Virus record (IMG/VR): IMGVR_UViG_3300021092_000032
Reading direction: 5' to 3' (one strand)
Length of the DNA: 64,000 bases
DNA from: an uncultured virus (IMG/VR IMGVR_UViG_3300021092_000032)
Taxonomy: Duplodnaviria; Heunggongvirae; Uroviricota; Caudoviricetes
Made by a program: the position numbers and the translations under genes
Notes under the pieces: model-generated
What the model was told of the DNA's origin: nothing
Databases searched by the model: none
The model's input: the letters and a program-made list of their open reading frames with translations, nothing else
Part shown: in pieces, positions 8,319-18,311 of the stretch
Layout: every line of letters begins with the position of its first letter
Position numbering within the stretch: position 1 is the stretch's first letter

Positions 8319-9533
8319 TCAGTTGTCAGTGGTGAGCAGTTCGGTCAGATAGCCGTTGGTCAGCACCGAACGGAACGTCACACGCTCTGCCGGGTAGCAG
8401 GGGGTGAAGTCGAAATCAAACGTTACGGTTCCGTTCGCAATGCTGCCTGGACCGTTGGCTTCAGGATCAATCCAGCAGCTACCGCCAAGGATTGCACCGC
8501 GAGCCTTAAGGCTCCGAAGGTACTCGTTCACGCTTTCAGCAACGTCCTGGAGGTAAGTCCGAGTGATGCAGCGATCGACTGCCCAGAGGTGACCGCGAAG
8601 CACAGACTCGTTCACCATGTCAGCAGTCCGGCGTACTGACAGGTACTGCCACTTGCTGTCGCTCGCAGTGGTTCGGTTGCCCCAAAGGCGGAAACCTTCC
8701 TCCCGAATGATCGTGGCAACCTTGGATTCGTTGAGCAAGTTTGCTGCGGAGTTGGCGTCGCCTAGCGCAAAAGGCACAGGACGGGACACGCCAGAGATGC
8801 CTTGAATGAGCTTGTTTGAGGGAGATTCCCAGAAACCGACTTCAGCATCGACGCGAGCGATCACACCAGCTACCCGAGCAGACGCAGGCTGGTTGACAAA
8901 GTTGATACCTGAAAGCACGCGAGCCCAAGGATCCACCACATAAAGGCGATCGTCGCCGTGGTCGGCAGCGTAGGTCTGAGCAGCGGCATCGTCAGTATTA
9001 GGACCGTCAGCAATGACGACCGCGCGAAGGCGCTCACCCAAACCCACAGCATCCTGGGCGATGCCTAACATCTCGGCCACCACTGGATTGACTAAAAAGC
9101 TGCCAACGTTGTCTGGGTCGGCAATGCGCTGATGTGTAAATCCAGGAGCCACCAAAATCTTGGGCGTCACACCCAGCTCAGCCTCAGCGCGCAGCCAGGC
9201 ATAGACACCTGAGTAGGCGGTGGAGTTACCCACTACGTTGGCCAAGGTTTCCAGCTCAGTTGCAGCTGCAGCCACTCGGACAACGACAACAGTTGCGCCC
9301 ACTTGGTCAAAAATGCCGTCCATTGCAGGCGGCAGAGTGCCTGTGGATCCCAGCTTGCCTGCAATAGCGCGGCTGCCAGGGATTAGGACAGGCGTGTTCA
9401 AAGGGAACACGGCTGCGTCAGCGCCTGGAGCAGTGCCGATCAAGCCAATGACCGCCGACCGCACGGTGCGGATGGGTCGAATGCCTGTGTCGAGTTCCAG
9501 GACCTCGACGCCATGCAGAAAGGTCGTGGTCAT
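8319..9533 (-). CDS. Contractile tail sheath protein (P2 FI-like)
   Basis: FLHGVEV, GFWESPSN, GFRLWGNRT, SVRRTADM, PAERVTFR. Confidence 0.95.
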   Translation of the reverse strand: MTTTFLHGVEVLELDTGIRPIRTVRSAVIGLIGTAPGADAAVFPLNTPVLIPGSRAIAGKLGSTGTLPPAMDGIFDQVGATVVVVRVAAAATELETLANVVGNSTAYSGVYAWLRAEAELGVTPKILVAPGFTHQRIADPDNVGSFLVNPVVAEMLGIAQDAVGLGERLRAVVIADGPNTDDAAAQTYAADHGDDRLYVVDPWARVLSGINFVNQPASARVAGVIARVDAEVGFWESPSNKLIQGISGVSRPVPFALGDANSAANLLNESKVATIIREEGFRLWGNRTTASDSKWQYLSVRRTADMVNESVLRGHLWAVDRCITRTYLQDVAESVNEYLRSLKARGAILGGSCWIDPEANGPGSIANGTVTFDFDFTPCYPAERVTFRSVLTNGYLTELLTTDN

Positions 9534-9570
9534 AGTCGCAAAATCCTCCTGAGTGTGATTCTAGGGGTCT

Positions 9571-9708
9571 TCAACGCCCCTGACCGCGCAAAGGCTTGCG
9601 GCCTCTGCGACGTGGCCGAGACCGCTGCCCGTAGCCCTGACGAGTCGTTTTTGGTGGTCCGGGTTCATGCTCAATGCGAGCGGTTCCGGTCTTCGCTCGA
9701 ACGACCAT
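9571..9708 (-). CDS. Small basic protein (45 aa), not in the ORF track
   Basis: MVVRAKTGTARIEHEPGPPKTTRQGYGQRSRPRRRGRKPLRGQGR; homolog in the same position at 56645..56773. Confidence 0.75.
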   Translation of the reverse strand: MVVRAKTGTARIEHEPGPPKTTRQGYGQRSRPRRRGRKPLRGQGR

Positions 9709-10136
9709 CAGCTAGCAAGAGCTTTAATCTTGTCAACGCTGCCTGCGCTGATATAGCCCTGCGCTTTGAAGTGAGCCAAGGCGGCTACACCATCAGCAGA
9801 CGAAATCTCAGCATTGCCGGTTGTCTCAAGCATCATTAGGAAGTCATCGATTAAGGCATCGGTGCTTTGAGCTGAGCGGAGCGCGATCCGTTCGGCGCTT
9901 GAAAGCGCCGAATAGAACGCAGACTGCGAGACAACCTTTGGCCTTGCTTCAGGCTCAGGAGGCAGAGCAACTTCAACCTTCTGAAATGTGTTGCCTTTCT
10001 TCACATCACCAACCTCGACGGTCTCGGGTACGGCGACAAACTGAGAGGCAATCTCTTCGACAAACAAAGTGGCGGGATCTGCGGTGCAGATCTCAAGCAC
10101 TAGGCCGTCATCCTGGATGCGAGCGTGTTTGGTCAT
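9708..10136 (-). CDS. Hypothetical protein, tail fibre chaperone-like
   Basis: Directly downstream of the glycine-rich fibre gene; start MTKHARI. Confidence 0.55.
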   Translation of the reverse strand: MTKHARIQDDGLVLEICTADPATLFVEEIASQFVAVPETVEVGDVKKGNTFQKVEVALPPEPEARPKVVSQSAFYSALSSAERIALRSAQSTDALIDDFLMMLETTGNAEISSADGVAALAHFKAQGYISAGSVDKIKALAS

Positions 10137-10144
10137 GGCAAAAC

Positions 10145-11293
10145 TCAGACGATGATTGCGTATTGGATGAAGATCAGGCCATCGCCACCCCACCCATGGT
10201 TGACGGTCTCAGAAGGATACATGGCGTAACCACTACACCCACCACCGCCGCCGCTGCCGCCGCTGCCACCCTGGCAATACTGACCAGCGCCGCCGCCGCC
10301 ACCGAGCACGCCACCGTTGCCTCCATTTGTGTAGGAAGAGTTGTTGCTTGTGTTGTAAGCAGCAGCTGAGCCACCGCCTGCGCCAGGGCCGCCATTACCG
10401 CCATTGGTCGCACCGCGCTCCGAGGAGTGCGAAGTGTTGGCGCCACCGCCGCCGCCGCCGCCGCCGAGCAGAATGAAGTTAGGCGACCAGATCGCGTGAC
10501 CTTGACCGTGGCCTGGAGGCGTCGTGCCAATACTGTTGTTGGAATAAGTATTGGCTGATGCACCTACTCCACCAGCGCCCAGCAGACCAGCGCCGCCTTG
10601 ACCGCCGTAGCTGTAATAAGTGCTGGTGCTTTGCGCGACTTGACCGTAACCGGCAGTCCCTGCCCCACCCGCCGTGGTATAGCTGGTGTAAGCAGTGCTG
10701 CCTGTGAAGCAAATCGAAGCGCCGCTGCCGCCGACGTAGCTAGTCCCGTCGCCGCCAGCAAAGCCGTTGCGATCGCCATCGGGATGGGGTGCAGACCCAC
10801 CGCCGCCGCCATAGCCAGAGCTGGAGCCGTTTGCACCGACGCCGCCGGAACCACCGCGACGGTTTATGTCGCCACCAATGCCAATACCGCCGACGCCGTA
10901 GGTCGCCGATGACCCTTGGTTTGCCGTGTTGTTGTGACCGGCATTGCCGCCGCTTGCTGAGCAGTGAGTCCCAAAGGAGCTGCTGCCGCCGACGCCGTTA
11001 TAGGTTCGGCAACCTTTGCCGACGGTCACGGTCACGCTTGCGCCGGGCACCAAGCTCGAAATCGATTTGATTGCTAGGCCGCCACCGCCGCCGCCATAGG
11101 CGGAGCCAGTGCCGCCAGACATGCCGCCACAGCCACCGCCACCCCAGACACGAACGATCAAAGGGACAGCGGTGTTGAAGTTGCTAGGCACCACCCAGGT
11201 GTAAGAACCATGGCTCTCAAACAGCTTGCACTGATTGCGGGGGCCGTCGCCACCCGATCCGCCGCTGGCAAAAAAGTCTTTCAGAGTTGACAT
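10145..11293 (-). CDS. Glycine-rich tail fibre tip / adhesin
   Basis: F..GSYTWVVP...VWGGGGxGG, many GGxGG runs, C-terminal GGDGLIFIQY. Confidence 0.8.
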   Translation of the reverse strand: MSTLKDFFASGGSGGDGPRNQCKLFESHGSYTWVVPSNFNTAVPLIVRVWGGGGCGGMSGGTGSAYGGGGGGLAIKSISSLVPGASVTVTVGKGCRTYNGVGGSSSFGTHCSASGGNAGHNNTANQGSSATYGVGGIGIGGDINRRGGSGGVGANGSSSGYGGGGGSAPHPDGDRNGFAGGDGTSYVGGSGASICFTGSTAYTSYTTAGGAGTAGYGQVAQSTSTYYSYGGQGGAGLLGAGGVGASANTYSNNSIGTTPPGHGQGHAIWSPNFILLGGGGGGGGANTSHSSERGATNGGNGGPGAGGGSAAAYNTSNNSSYTNGGNGGVLGGGGGAGQYCQGGSGGSGGGGGCSGYAMYPSETVNHGWGGDGLIFIQYAIIV

Positions 11294-11934
11294 CAGGAAA
11301 TCCTCCAGCCAGAGCTGGCGTCAGAAAACACAAGGGTGACGAATGCGTTTTTCACGTTGAGCACAAGGTCTTCGGCTAGACCCATTATCAGGCTACCGGA
11401 CCTGGCAACGGTGCAGTTATTCGTCAGGAAGGTGCTCGTCGCATCCACGATCTGCACATAAGTGCCGAGCACTGGGTCCGACGGGAGAGTGATTGTCAGC
11501 GCATTGCTGCTTGTCTTCACAAACAGCCTGCTGTTCGCCGCCGCTGTGGCGTTGGATGTGACAATCTGCCAAGTAGTCAGCGCAGTGACGACACCGCTAA
11601 GGGCGGTGACCTGAGCCTGCAACTCAGTCTCAAGCGCCTCGACTGCGCTTTCTACACCAGCAAACTGCGTTGCGATTGTGGCCGCAAAATTGGCATCGTC
11701 ACCCAGCGCAGCAGCCAGCTCATTCAACGTGTCGAGCGTTGCGGGAGCTGACTGCACCAAGCTGGCGACAGTCTGATCGACTAGCCCCTGAACAGCACTG
11801 TTTGTAGGGCGAGCAACGATGTCATTGTCGATGGCCTGAAGAGCGTCGCGTAGACGCTGCACGTCATCAGCTAGGAGGTTCGAGGGATACGGGAGCGGGT
11901 AGGCCCGCCCTGTTGTCGTTTGGTAGGTGGGCAT
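11293..11934 (-). CDS. Tail fibre proximal/adaptor protein
   Basis: APATLDTLNELAAALGDD fibre motif; C-terminal TITLP..P..G..VQIVD...GW domain; N-terminus shared with 57015..59285. Confidence 0.75.
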   Translation of the reverse strand: MPTYQTTTGRAYPLPYPSNLLADDVQRLRDALQAIDNDIVARPTNSAVQGLVDQTVASLVQSAPATLDTLNELAAALGDDANFAATIATQFAGVESAVEALETELQAQVTALSGVVTALTTWQIVTSNATAAANSRLFVKTSSNALTITLPSDPVLGTYVQIVDATSTFLTNNCTVARSGSLIMGLAEDLVLNVKNAFVTLVFSDASSGWRIS

Positions 11935-11938
11935 TGGA

Positions 11939-14900
11939 TTAGACCATCACGGCGCGGATGTTGCGGACAGCAGGCCGGAAGGCCGCAGAGCCGCTCATGT
12001 TGAGTTTAATTTTTGTCGCGGTGAGACCAGTAATGCCGGTGTCCTTGTAGACATACTCCGCGAAGCCGTCACCAATCGGAACCACCTTGTCGAGGGTGAG
12101 CGACTGGAAAGAACCGTTGCGGAAATACTGAGGTGTCACCGCAGCCGAACCAGTGATCTTAGCGTCGAAGATCACACGCATAGTTGTGCCGCCAGTAGAG
12201 AGCTGAAACTCTCGACCCTGGTAAATGCCAGACGTGTCAAGCGTGCCAGGGATCGAAATCATGCCTGGATAAAGAGTCGGGCTCTCAAACTGATTGCCTT
12301 CCAGGATTGCCTCTACCTGCAACGTGTCACTGATGCTTGTACCAAAGCGCAGCGCCTGATAAGGCGCAAGGCTGAAGACCTCGCCGTTGCTGCGCGTATA
12401 GCGGAAGGTGACCCGTGTTTGATCGCTGGGCTGCTCGATTGGAGCAGCAGCCATTAGGTCCGTCATGTTAGAGACGGTCAGGCTGCCAAGGTTCACCGTG
12501 CGGGTAGTGTTAGTGAACTCGGCTGCGTTCAGGCGGAAGGTGAGATCCTTGTCCTGATGCGGCGTCCAGGTGACGTTGTTTGAGCTGCTTAGCAGCACGC
12601 CCACGGTGTAAGGCTGGGCGGTGACCCAGCGGGTCGTGGTGGAGTCATACTTGCCGATCTCAGCAACGCGCACCGCGTGATTGGCATCGTCGGTGAGCAG
12701 CACGATGAAATACTCCACACCACCTTCTAGGTAGACCGGGAAGGGGAAAGTAGCCTTAACGAACACGTTGTCAGTCGTGATTGCGCTAGCCGGAATAGAG
12801 GCTTGCACAACTGTCGTAGAGGTTGGGAATCCGTTGTCAGATGTGCGGATCTGCACAGTGACAGGGTTATTCCCACCCTTAACGGCAAACTTCACGTCAA
12901 CGCTTGTTACGTGGCGACCGGTCTCAAGCACAAAAGATTGTGCAAGGGGATCCCAACCCCTCCAAGGCGGCGGGGGTGGGGGGCTCCACCAGCGCCAGGT
13001 CGTCCAGGTCGTTGTCTGTTGGAAGCGACGTACAACGAGAGTTCCTTGCCCGGTGTAAGTGGCAGCGCCGTAGCTGCCTTGCTGGCCAATGAATTCAACT
13101 CTCTTCGACCCAGAGGGCACGTTTGCAGGAATCGCAAAGGTGCCAGTGATCGTGCCGCTAAGGTTTGCGGTTAGGCCAGTCACAGGAAGCTGACGGCCGT
13201 CGAAGACGAGCTGCTGGACGGGCTCGTTTGCGTCAAAGCCAGTCACAGTGAACTGGACGTTGCGCTCACGCAAAAACTGAATCGCGCTGTTGGCTTCCGA
13301 CACCAGCGAGGTGACGGTGCTAACCGTGGTGCTTGACCGATCGCCTGAGCCGAAGACAAAGCTCTCAGTAGAGAAATTGGTTTGTTCGTCGGTGATTGTC
13401 CAGAGATCCACCGCTGGGTTCAGGGTGACGATCGCAGGCATTGGATCAAATGCCATGTAAGGGTTGATCGCCATCTGGCCAGTGCGTTGAAGCACCTGCA
13501 CCACAGGAGCTTCCTGATACGGAAGCAGGTTAAAGGTGAGATTGTTCTGGGCAGCGGGCACGGGAGTGCCGATCACGGCAAGTTGAAGTTCTTGCGACAC
13601 CACCGCTAGATCCTGAGCCACGCCTGCGTCGCGCAAATCGTTGTCCAGTAGCGGGTCGGTGAACACGCCGTATTTGGAGCTTGGTTCGCGGGAGCTAATG
13701 TCTCGCTGCAAACGCTCATCTGCGACAAGATTGTAAAGCTCCACAATGGAGTCTTTCATCTGACGCTGCTCACGCATCGACACCACACGAGTGCCGTCGT
13801 TGAACACCTTAGGAGTGCTGGTCGAGTACCAATCCAGGTAGTAGCTTGCAATCTGCAGCTGACCCGCAGAAGCCAACGGAACTACCGGGTTGAACGCTGA
13901 CGACACGCCCTTAACGCGGTGGAAGTAACCTTCAGGATCTAGAGCCACCACTTCATAGCGGGGCATCTTCCAGTTGTAGTCAATCAGTACGAGGCTGCTT
14001 GCAACAGCTCCGGTGATCTGGAACGTGCCAGCATCTGGGTCGATGTTGGTCGGAGTGACGCTAGTGAGGTGCTGAAAAGTCACCTCATAAGTGCTGCCAG
14101 GCGCAGGCTCAGCCCCAGGCAAGCTCCAATCCACATGATCAGAAGTGAGCACATAGTCGGTGCCTTGGGTGTAAATAGTTGTCCCCTGTTTTACCTGCAC
14201 AATGCTCAAGACCGCAGTGTTAGGCAGCAGATCGAGTGCCCCACTGAAGGCGCCGTGAGTCATGTTCACGGTCTTCTGTGCCGTGATTACAACATCTTGA
14301 ATCGCATTGAGAGGCTTGCGATTCAAAGTCAGAGTCTGAGTGCTAGTGCCCGCCGAGCTTTTGGGTTCGTTGTTAATTTGCTGAAGATCAGGATCGATGC
14401 CGTAGCTTAAAAAGGTGGCAGTCGGCTTGTCGATTTTGGTGCCCTGAACGTTGGCAACACCATCAGACACCGAGAATATGTACTGAGTCTGGCCATTGTT
14501 TTTGCCAAGGGCAATTAGTTCCAGGCCGTTGACGATGTAGCTGCCATTAGCGTCGCGGTCATAACGAGCCAAAAGCTGCTTAACGCCATCGAGAGCTGGA
14601 GGCACACCCTGCGTGACCAGCACGCCGTCGAGGACTGCATAAACGCTGTAGAACTCGCCAGGGCCGCCATCGCCAGACCATCCCCAAGAAATTGTGCGCC
14701 GAGTCCGCCCAGCGCCGGCTTCTTGGTAATTCCTGGTCCCGACTGCAGGATCACGCAGGCTTGCATCCTCTAGCTCGGTGAGCGTCTCGGTGACAACACG
14801 CACGCCAATTTGCAGGCTGCCTGTGGTGGGGATGGTCAGATCTTTAGCTGCAACTTCACGAACTGCGCCAAGCACGTAAATGGCGCCGGCAGTGAGCTGT

Positions 14901-15112
14901 GTTGCGCCAGTCTGCGGGTTGATGACGCAAGAAGCGCCACGCACTACGCCGCCATCCTTAAACAGGACATCGGTGAGGCGCTTCATGCGGTCGCTCATGA
15001 CCGCCTGAATTTCGTTCAGTTCTGCGGACTGCAGACCGCGACTGGCGCGGAACAGCAATTCGTCGTAACGCTTGGAAGCGTCAAATCGGTTGTAGTAGGC
15101 CTGGAGGGTCAT
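11939..15112 (-). CDS. Large baseplate/fibre-associated protein (DUF4815-like)
   Basis: YYNRFD..K.Y..LLF....LQSAELNEIQ N-terminus; DPLAQSF; GVLLSSSNN.TWT.HQ. Confidence 0.8.
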   Translation of the reverse strand: MTLQAYYNRFDASKRYDELLFRASRGLQSAELNEIQAVMSDRMKRLTDVLFKDGGVVRGASCVINPQTGATQLTAGAIYVLGAVREVAAKDLTIPTTGSLQIGVRVVTETLTELEDASLRDPAVGTRNYQEAGAGRTRRTISWGWSGDGGPGEFYSVYAVLDGVLVTQGVPPALDGVKQLLARYDRDANGSYIVNGLELIALGKNNGQTQYIFSVSDGVANVQGTKIDKPTATFLSYGIDPDLQQINNEPKSSAGTSTQTLTLNRKPLNAIQDVVITAQKTVNMTHGAFSGALDLLPNTAVLSIVQVKQGTTIYTQGTDYVLTSDHVDWSLPGAEPAPGSTYEVTFQHLTSVTPTNIDPDAGTFQITGAVASSLVLIDYNWKMPRYEVVALDPEGYFHRVKGVSSAFNPVVPLASAGQLQIASYYLDWYSTSTPKVFNDGTRVVSMREQRQMKDSIVELYNLVADERLQRDISSREPSSKYGVFTDPLLDNDLRDAGVAQDLAVVSQELQLAVIGTPVPAAQNNLTFNLLPYQEAPVVQVLQRTGQMAINPYMAFDPMPAIVTLNPAVDLWTITDEQTNFSTESFVFGSGDRSSTTVSTVTSLVSEANSAIQFLRERNVQFTVTGFDANEPVQQLVFDGRQLPVTGLTANLSGTITGTFAIPANVPSGSKRVEFIGQQGSYGAATYTGQGTLVVRRFQQTTTWTTWRWWSPPPPPPWRGWDPLAQSFVLETGRHVTSVDVKFAVKGGNNPVTVQIRTSDNGFPTSTTVVQASIPASAITTDNVFVKATFPFPVYLEGGVEYFIVLLTDDANHAVRVAEIGKYDSTTTRWVTAQPYTVGVLLSSSNNVTWTPHQDKDLTFRLNAAEFTNTTRTVNLGSLTVSNMTDLMAAAPIEQPSDQTRVTFRYTRSNGEVFSLAPYQALRFGTSISDTLQVEAILEGNQFESPTLYPGMISIPGTLDTSGIYQGREFQLSTGGTTMRVIFDAKITGSAAVTPQYFRNGSFQSLTLDKVVPIGDGFAEYVYKDTGITGLTATKIKLNMSGSAAFRPAVRNIRAVMV

Positions 15113-15119
15113 GGCAGCC

Positions 15120-15605
15120 TCAGAAGGTCAAGACGAACTCAAAGGTTTCGCGGGTCGCTGGTGTGCGGATGATTGCCGCCACATGCTCTAACAAGTAGAG
15201 GGTGCCTTGAGCGGTCACCTGCGACGGAGAGAAAAACATCTGACCAGGGGGCAAACCCTCGCCAGTTACCGCGTCGAGGAAGATCCCAGTCTCACGAATG
15301 GTGCTGCTGTTAATGTCCTCAAAGTCGAGGGTGAACCGCAGGTAAAGGTAGTTTGTCTGGGTCTGGCTTACGTCGTAGCGCCCGCTGGGCAGGACGATTG
15401 CGCCTTCAGCAGCAGGAATGACGAACGACACCTGAGCGGTTTTGCGGTAGCCCAGCGCAGACGCCAGCCCAGTTGAGCTGATGTTTTCAGCAGGGGTCCC
15501 GAGGGAGTCCCACTGAACATCGCCAGCGCCCACACCGAGAAAGATGTTCCGTGCGGCCACCGAGGCGGCTAAGCCCGCTCGGCCTGTTGTTACAAGGGTT
15601 GCCAT
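15120..15605 (-). CDS. Baseplate-associated structural protein
   Basis: Conserved homolog at 62462..62947; between the gpI-like and DUF4815-like genes. Confidence 0.7.
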   Translation of the reverse strand: MATLVTTGRAGLAASVAARNIFLGVGAGDVQWDSLGTPAENISSTGLASALGYRKTAQVSFVIPAAEGAIVLPSGRYDVSQTQTNYLYLRFTLDFEDINSSTIRETGIFLDAVTGEGLPPGQMFFSPSQVTAQGTLYLLEHVAAIIRTPATRETFEFVLTF

Positions 15606-15647
15606 TAGGCCATGGCCTCCTGAGTCGTTGTCATTCTATGCGTAAGT

Positions 15648-18311
15648 CTAGATGTGGGTTGAATGACGGGTTTCAATGCTGAGTGAGGTTGGGTTCCACG
15701 GGATGAGCTGCGTTGCCCACATCGCCAAGCCTATCCAGTCTTCAGTGCCCTCGATCCAGGCTGCCTGGCCCCAGGAGGTAAGTTGCCACTCCTGCTCGGC
15801 ACCGTGGTTCCAGGTGTAGCCCGGCCCGTATTCGTACCAGGAGCCTGTGTCCCAGGTGCTCCAGGTGTACCAGTGCCATGTCGTAGGCAGCAGCGTGCGG
15901 ACATGCAATCGCGTCTCAAATGTGGCTGTGGTGTACGTGGCCCATGCAGTGTGGAATCTGGTGTTGCAGCCGGCCACTCTCTCAGTGAGCGACCACTCGT
16001 GGCCCGCCTGAATCCAGTCAGCTGCGCCCCAGTGGGTCTGATACAGCGGCTGACCAATCGCGGTTTCACAATGCTCACGACTAACAAAAAGAAACTCGCC
16101 GAACGCGACGTTGAACTCAGAGAGCAGGTGCTCACTAAGGAAGAACCGGTCGTCGAGTGCGCGGATTACTCGCTGTGTGTGACGCTCAACTACTTCGAGG
16201 TCGCCGCCCACAGGTTTGGCGACAAGATCTTCAATCTGATGCGTCCTGTCAATACGAAGATTGCTTTCTGCTCCAAGGACCGCAAGGGTCTCACCTAGCA
16301 GCAAGCCATCAGAAAGGAACAAGTGCGCCTGCGGTTGACTGGTGACATGCACCGCACCAAGGCCATACCAGGTCGCGCTGTTTTGCCAGTCGCTGTCATC
16401 CCAGGTTGCAGGATGACGGACCAAGCCCAGGCTGCTGTAAGCATGTCCCCGGCTGACTGAGCCAATGTCGACGATCGTGCTGAACTCACCGATACGGTGT
16501 TGATCAAGCAAGAACTGATCGTCGAGGCCATCAATGACACGCTGATGTTCCCGCGTAATTGTGGTCTGAATGCCTCCTATCGGATCTGGGTGCGGATCGA
16601 AGATGTGGTGGAAGCGTTCGAACACCTCATCGACCGCAACCCAAACGGAAGAAACAAGGTGCTGTGACAATCTGTTAAGACCGCTGGCCTGATACTCCGC
16701 AGCAGGAAGCACAAGAAGCGCGTTGCTTACGTGCTCGGAGAGGATCCCCGATCCACTGTCAGCGTTGCTATCGCTGAGCACAAGAACACCCTGCCCGCTT
16801 TCCTGGAGGTAGCCGTAGTCCGCTAGAGCGTCGTAATCGGCGGCAGTAATCGCTTGGCTTGGATCCGCTTCTGAAAGCAAGAACGGGTCATAACCGATCT
16901 CCAGCTCTTCAGCGACGTTGAAGCGTGTGTTGGTCTCGCCCAGGGGCTGACCCTCGGAAAGATAAATGCCGGCTTTGCTGTCGGTCCTGTTGTTGACGAA
17001 TAGAAGCGAGCCAAGCCACCACGTACCCTGATTCCAGGAAATTGCCTCCCAGGTGTCTGGCGTCTCGGTTGTTGCCGCACGACCCAGCATGTGATTGCGG
17101 GTGATTGCAGCGCGATCAGAAACCAGTTCCCAATCGCTGAGCAGGTGCTGATCCAGCAGGAACTGGTCATCGAGACCATCAACCAGGCGACGATGCTCGC
17201 GTTTGATGCAGACGTGGCTGGCAACGTCTGCCGCCGCGACAAACACAGTCGAGTGATCCCGATCGAAGCGTTCGTTGATTTCTTGATAGGCAACGCTGCG
17301 GACGTGCTCGCTGAGCAGGTTCTCGCCTGTCGTCGGGTCGCCTTCGGAAAGCAAAAACGCACCAACGCCGGTCTCGACCTCGATGAGTGCTGGCAGGACT
17401 GTATTGGTCTCGCCCAGGATGCACTGATCGCTGAGGTAGACGCCCGCCTTGGCAAACTTAAGCGCAGGCTGTATCCGGTTGACCAGTCCGGCCCAATCAA
17501 GCCCCTGATCCCAGGCGTAGTTTGTCCAGGTGCTTGTCGGTTGCCACCATGGCCCCGCTTCGGTGAGATGGCCACGGCTAATTACCGCGCCCATGTTCAC
17601 CATGTGCCATTCGCGCCATACCAACTCACTGAGCTGGTTAACGTCGAGGATCATTCGATCCTCATACCAACCTTGATCGGTGTGGGTACGTTCTACGCTG
17701 CTAGTAAAGACAGCAGCGTCAGTGAAGCTGGCGCTTTCCTGAAAAACGCGCCCGAAAGAAAGCTGCGGCCAGTCTTCTCGGAGGTACACTCCGGTGTGGT
17801 CGCACAGCCAAGAGCCACCGCTTAGGACGTGATCGTCGAGCTTTAGACGGCGATGGTCATATCCGCCATAAATGCGGAACAGCCGCGAGCGGATTGGAGC
17901 TGAAAGGCGCGAAACCTGAATGACGTTGTTGGTAAATTCAAGGTTTGGCGGAGCTTGGTCGAGGCCGAGCTGAAAGTCGGCCCAGCGAAGCGTGCCTGCT
18001 TCCGACTCTTCGATTTCTGCATCAAATCCAATCCAGCTCAGGCCAATTCCAATCGCAGCACGTGTGCCGCGCAGGCGTTGCCATTGAATGCCTTTTGCTA
18101 GCGCCTGTCGCAGATCAGGCACATAGGGCAAAATTTCGCCTAAGCCGTATTCATAGATGAGCCAAGGCACCACCGAATCGGGTATGTCCTTGCGCTTTGC
18201 ATCGCGGATCCGTTGAACACCAGGGCCTAGCCGGGGAAGAAAGTCGCCGGAACGGGAAAGATCCCGCTCAAGCTGCGTCGAGTTACTTGGCAGGAGATCC
18301 GTTGCGGTCAT
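15648..18311 (-). CDS. P2 gpI-like baseplate wedge protein with long Trp-rich repetitive extension
   Basis: N-terminal LLPSNSTQLERDL...VPWLIYEYGL...RLRGT; follows gpJ. Confidence 0.78.
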   Translation of the reverse strand: MTATDLLPSNSTQLERDLSRSGDFLPRLGPGVQRIRDAKRKDIPDSVVPWLIYEYGLGEILPYVPDLRQALAKGIQWQRLRGTRAAIGIGLSWIGFDAEIEESEAGTLRWADFQLGLDQAPPNLEFTNNVIQVSRLSAPIRSRLFRIYGGYDHRRLKLDDHVLSGGSWLCDHTGVYLREDWPQLSFGRVFQESASFTDAAVFTSSVERTHTDQGWYEDRMILDVNQLSELVWREWHMVNMGAVISRGHLTEAGPWWQPTSTWTNYAWDQGLDWAGLVNRIQPALKFAKAGVYLSDQCILGETNTVLPALIEVETGVGAFLLSEGDPTTGENLLSEHVRSVAYQEINERFDRDHSTVFVAAADVASHVCIKREHRRLVDGLDDQFLLDQHLLSDWELVSDRAAITRNHMLGRAATTETPDTWEAISWNQGTWWLGSLLFVNNRTDSKAGIYLSEGQPLGETNTRFNVAEELEIGYDPFLLSEADPSQAITAADYDALADYGYLQESGQGVLVLSDSNADSGSGILSEHVSNALLVLPAAEYQASGLNRLSQHLVSSVWVAVDEVFERFHHIFDPHPDPIGGIQTTITREHQRVIDGLDDQFLLDQHRIGEFSTIVDIGSVSRGHAYSSLGLVRHPATWDDSDWQNSATWYGLGAVHVTSQPQAHLFLSDGLLLGETLAVLGAESNLRIDRTHQIEDLVAKPVGGDLEVVERHTQRVIRALDDRFFLSEHLLSEFNVAFGEFLFVSREHCETAIGQPLYQTHWGAADWIQAGHEWSLTERVAGCNTRFHTAWATYTTATFETRLHVRTLLPTTWHWYTWSTWDTGSWYEYGPGYTWNHGAEQEWQLTSWGQAAWIEGTEDWIGLAMWATQLIPWNPTSLSIETRHSTHI

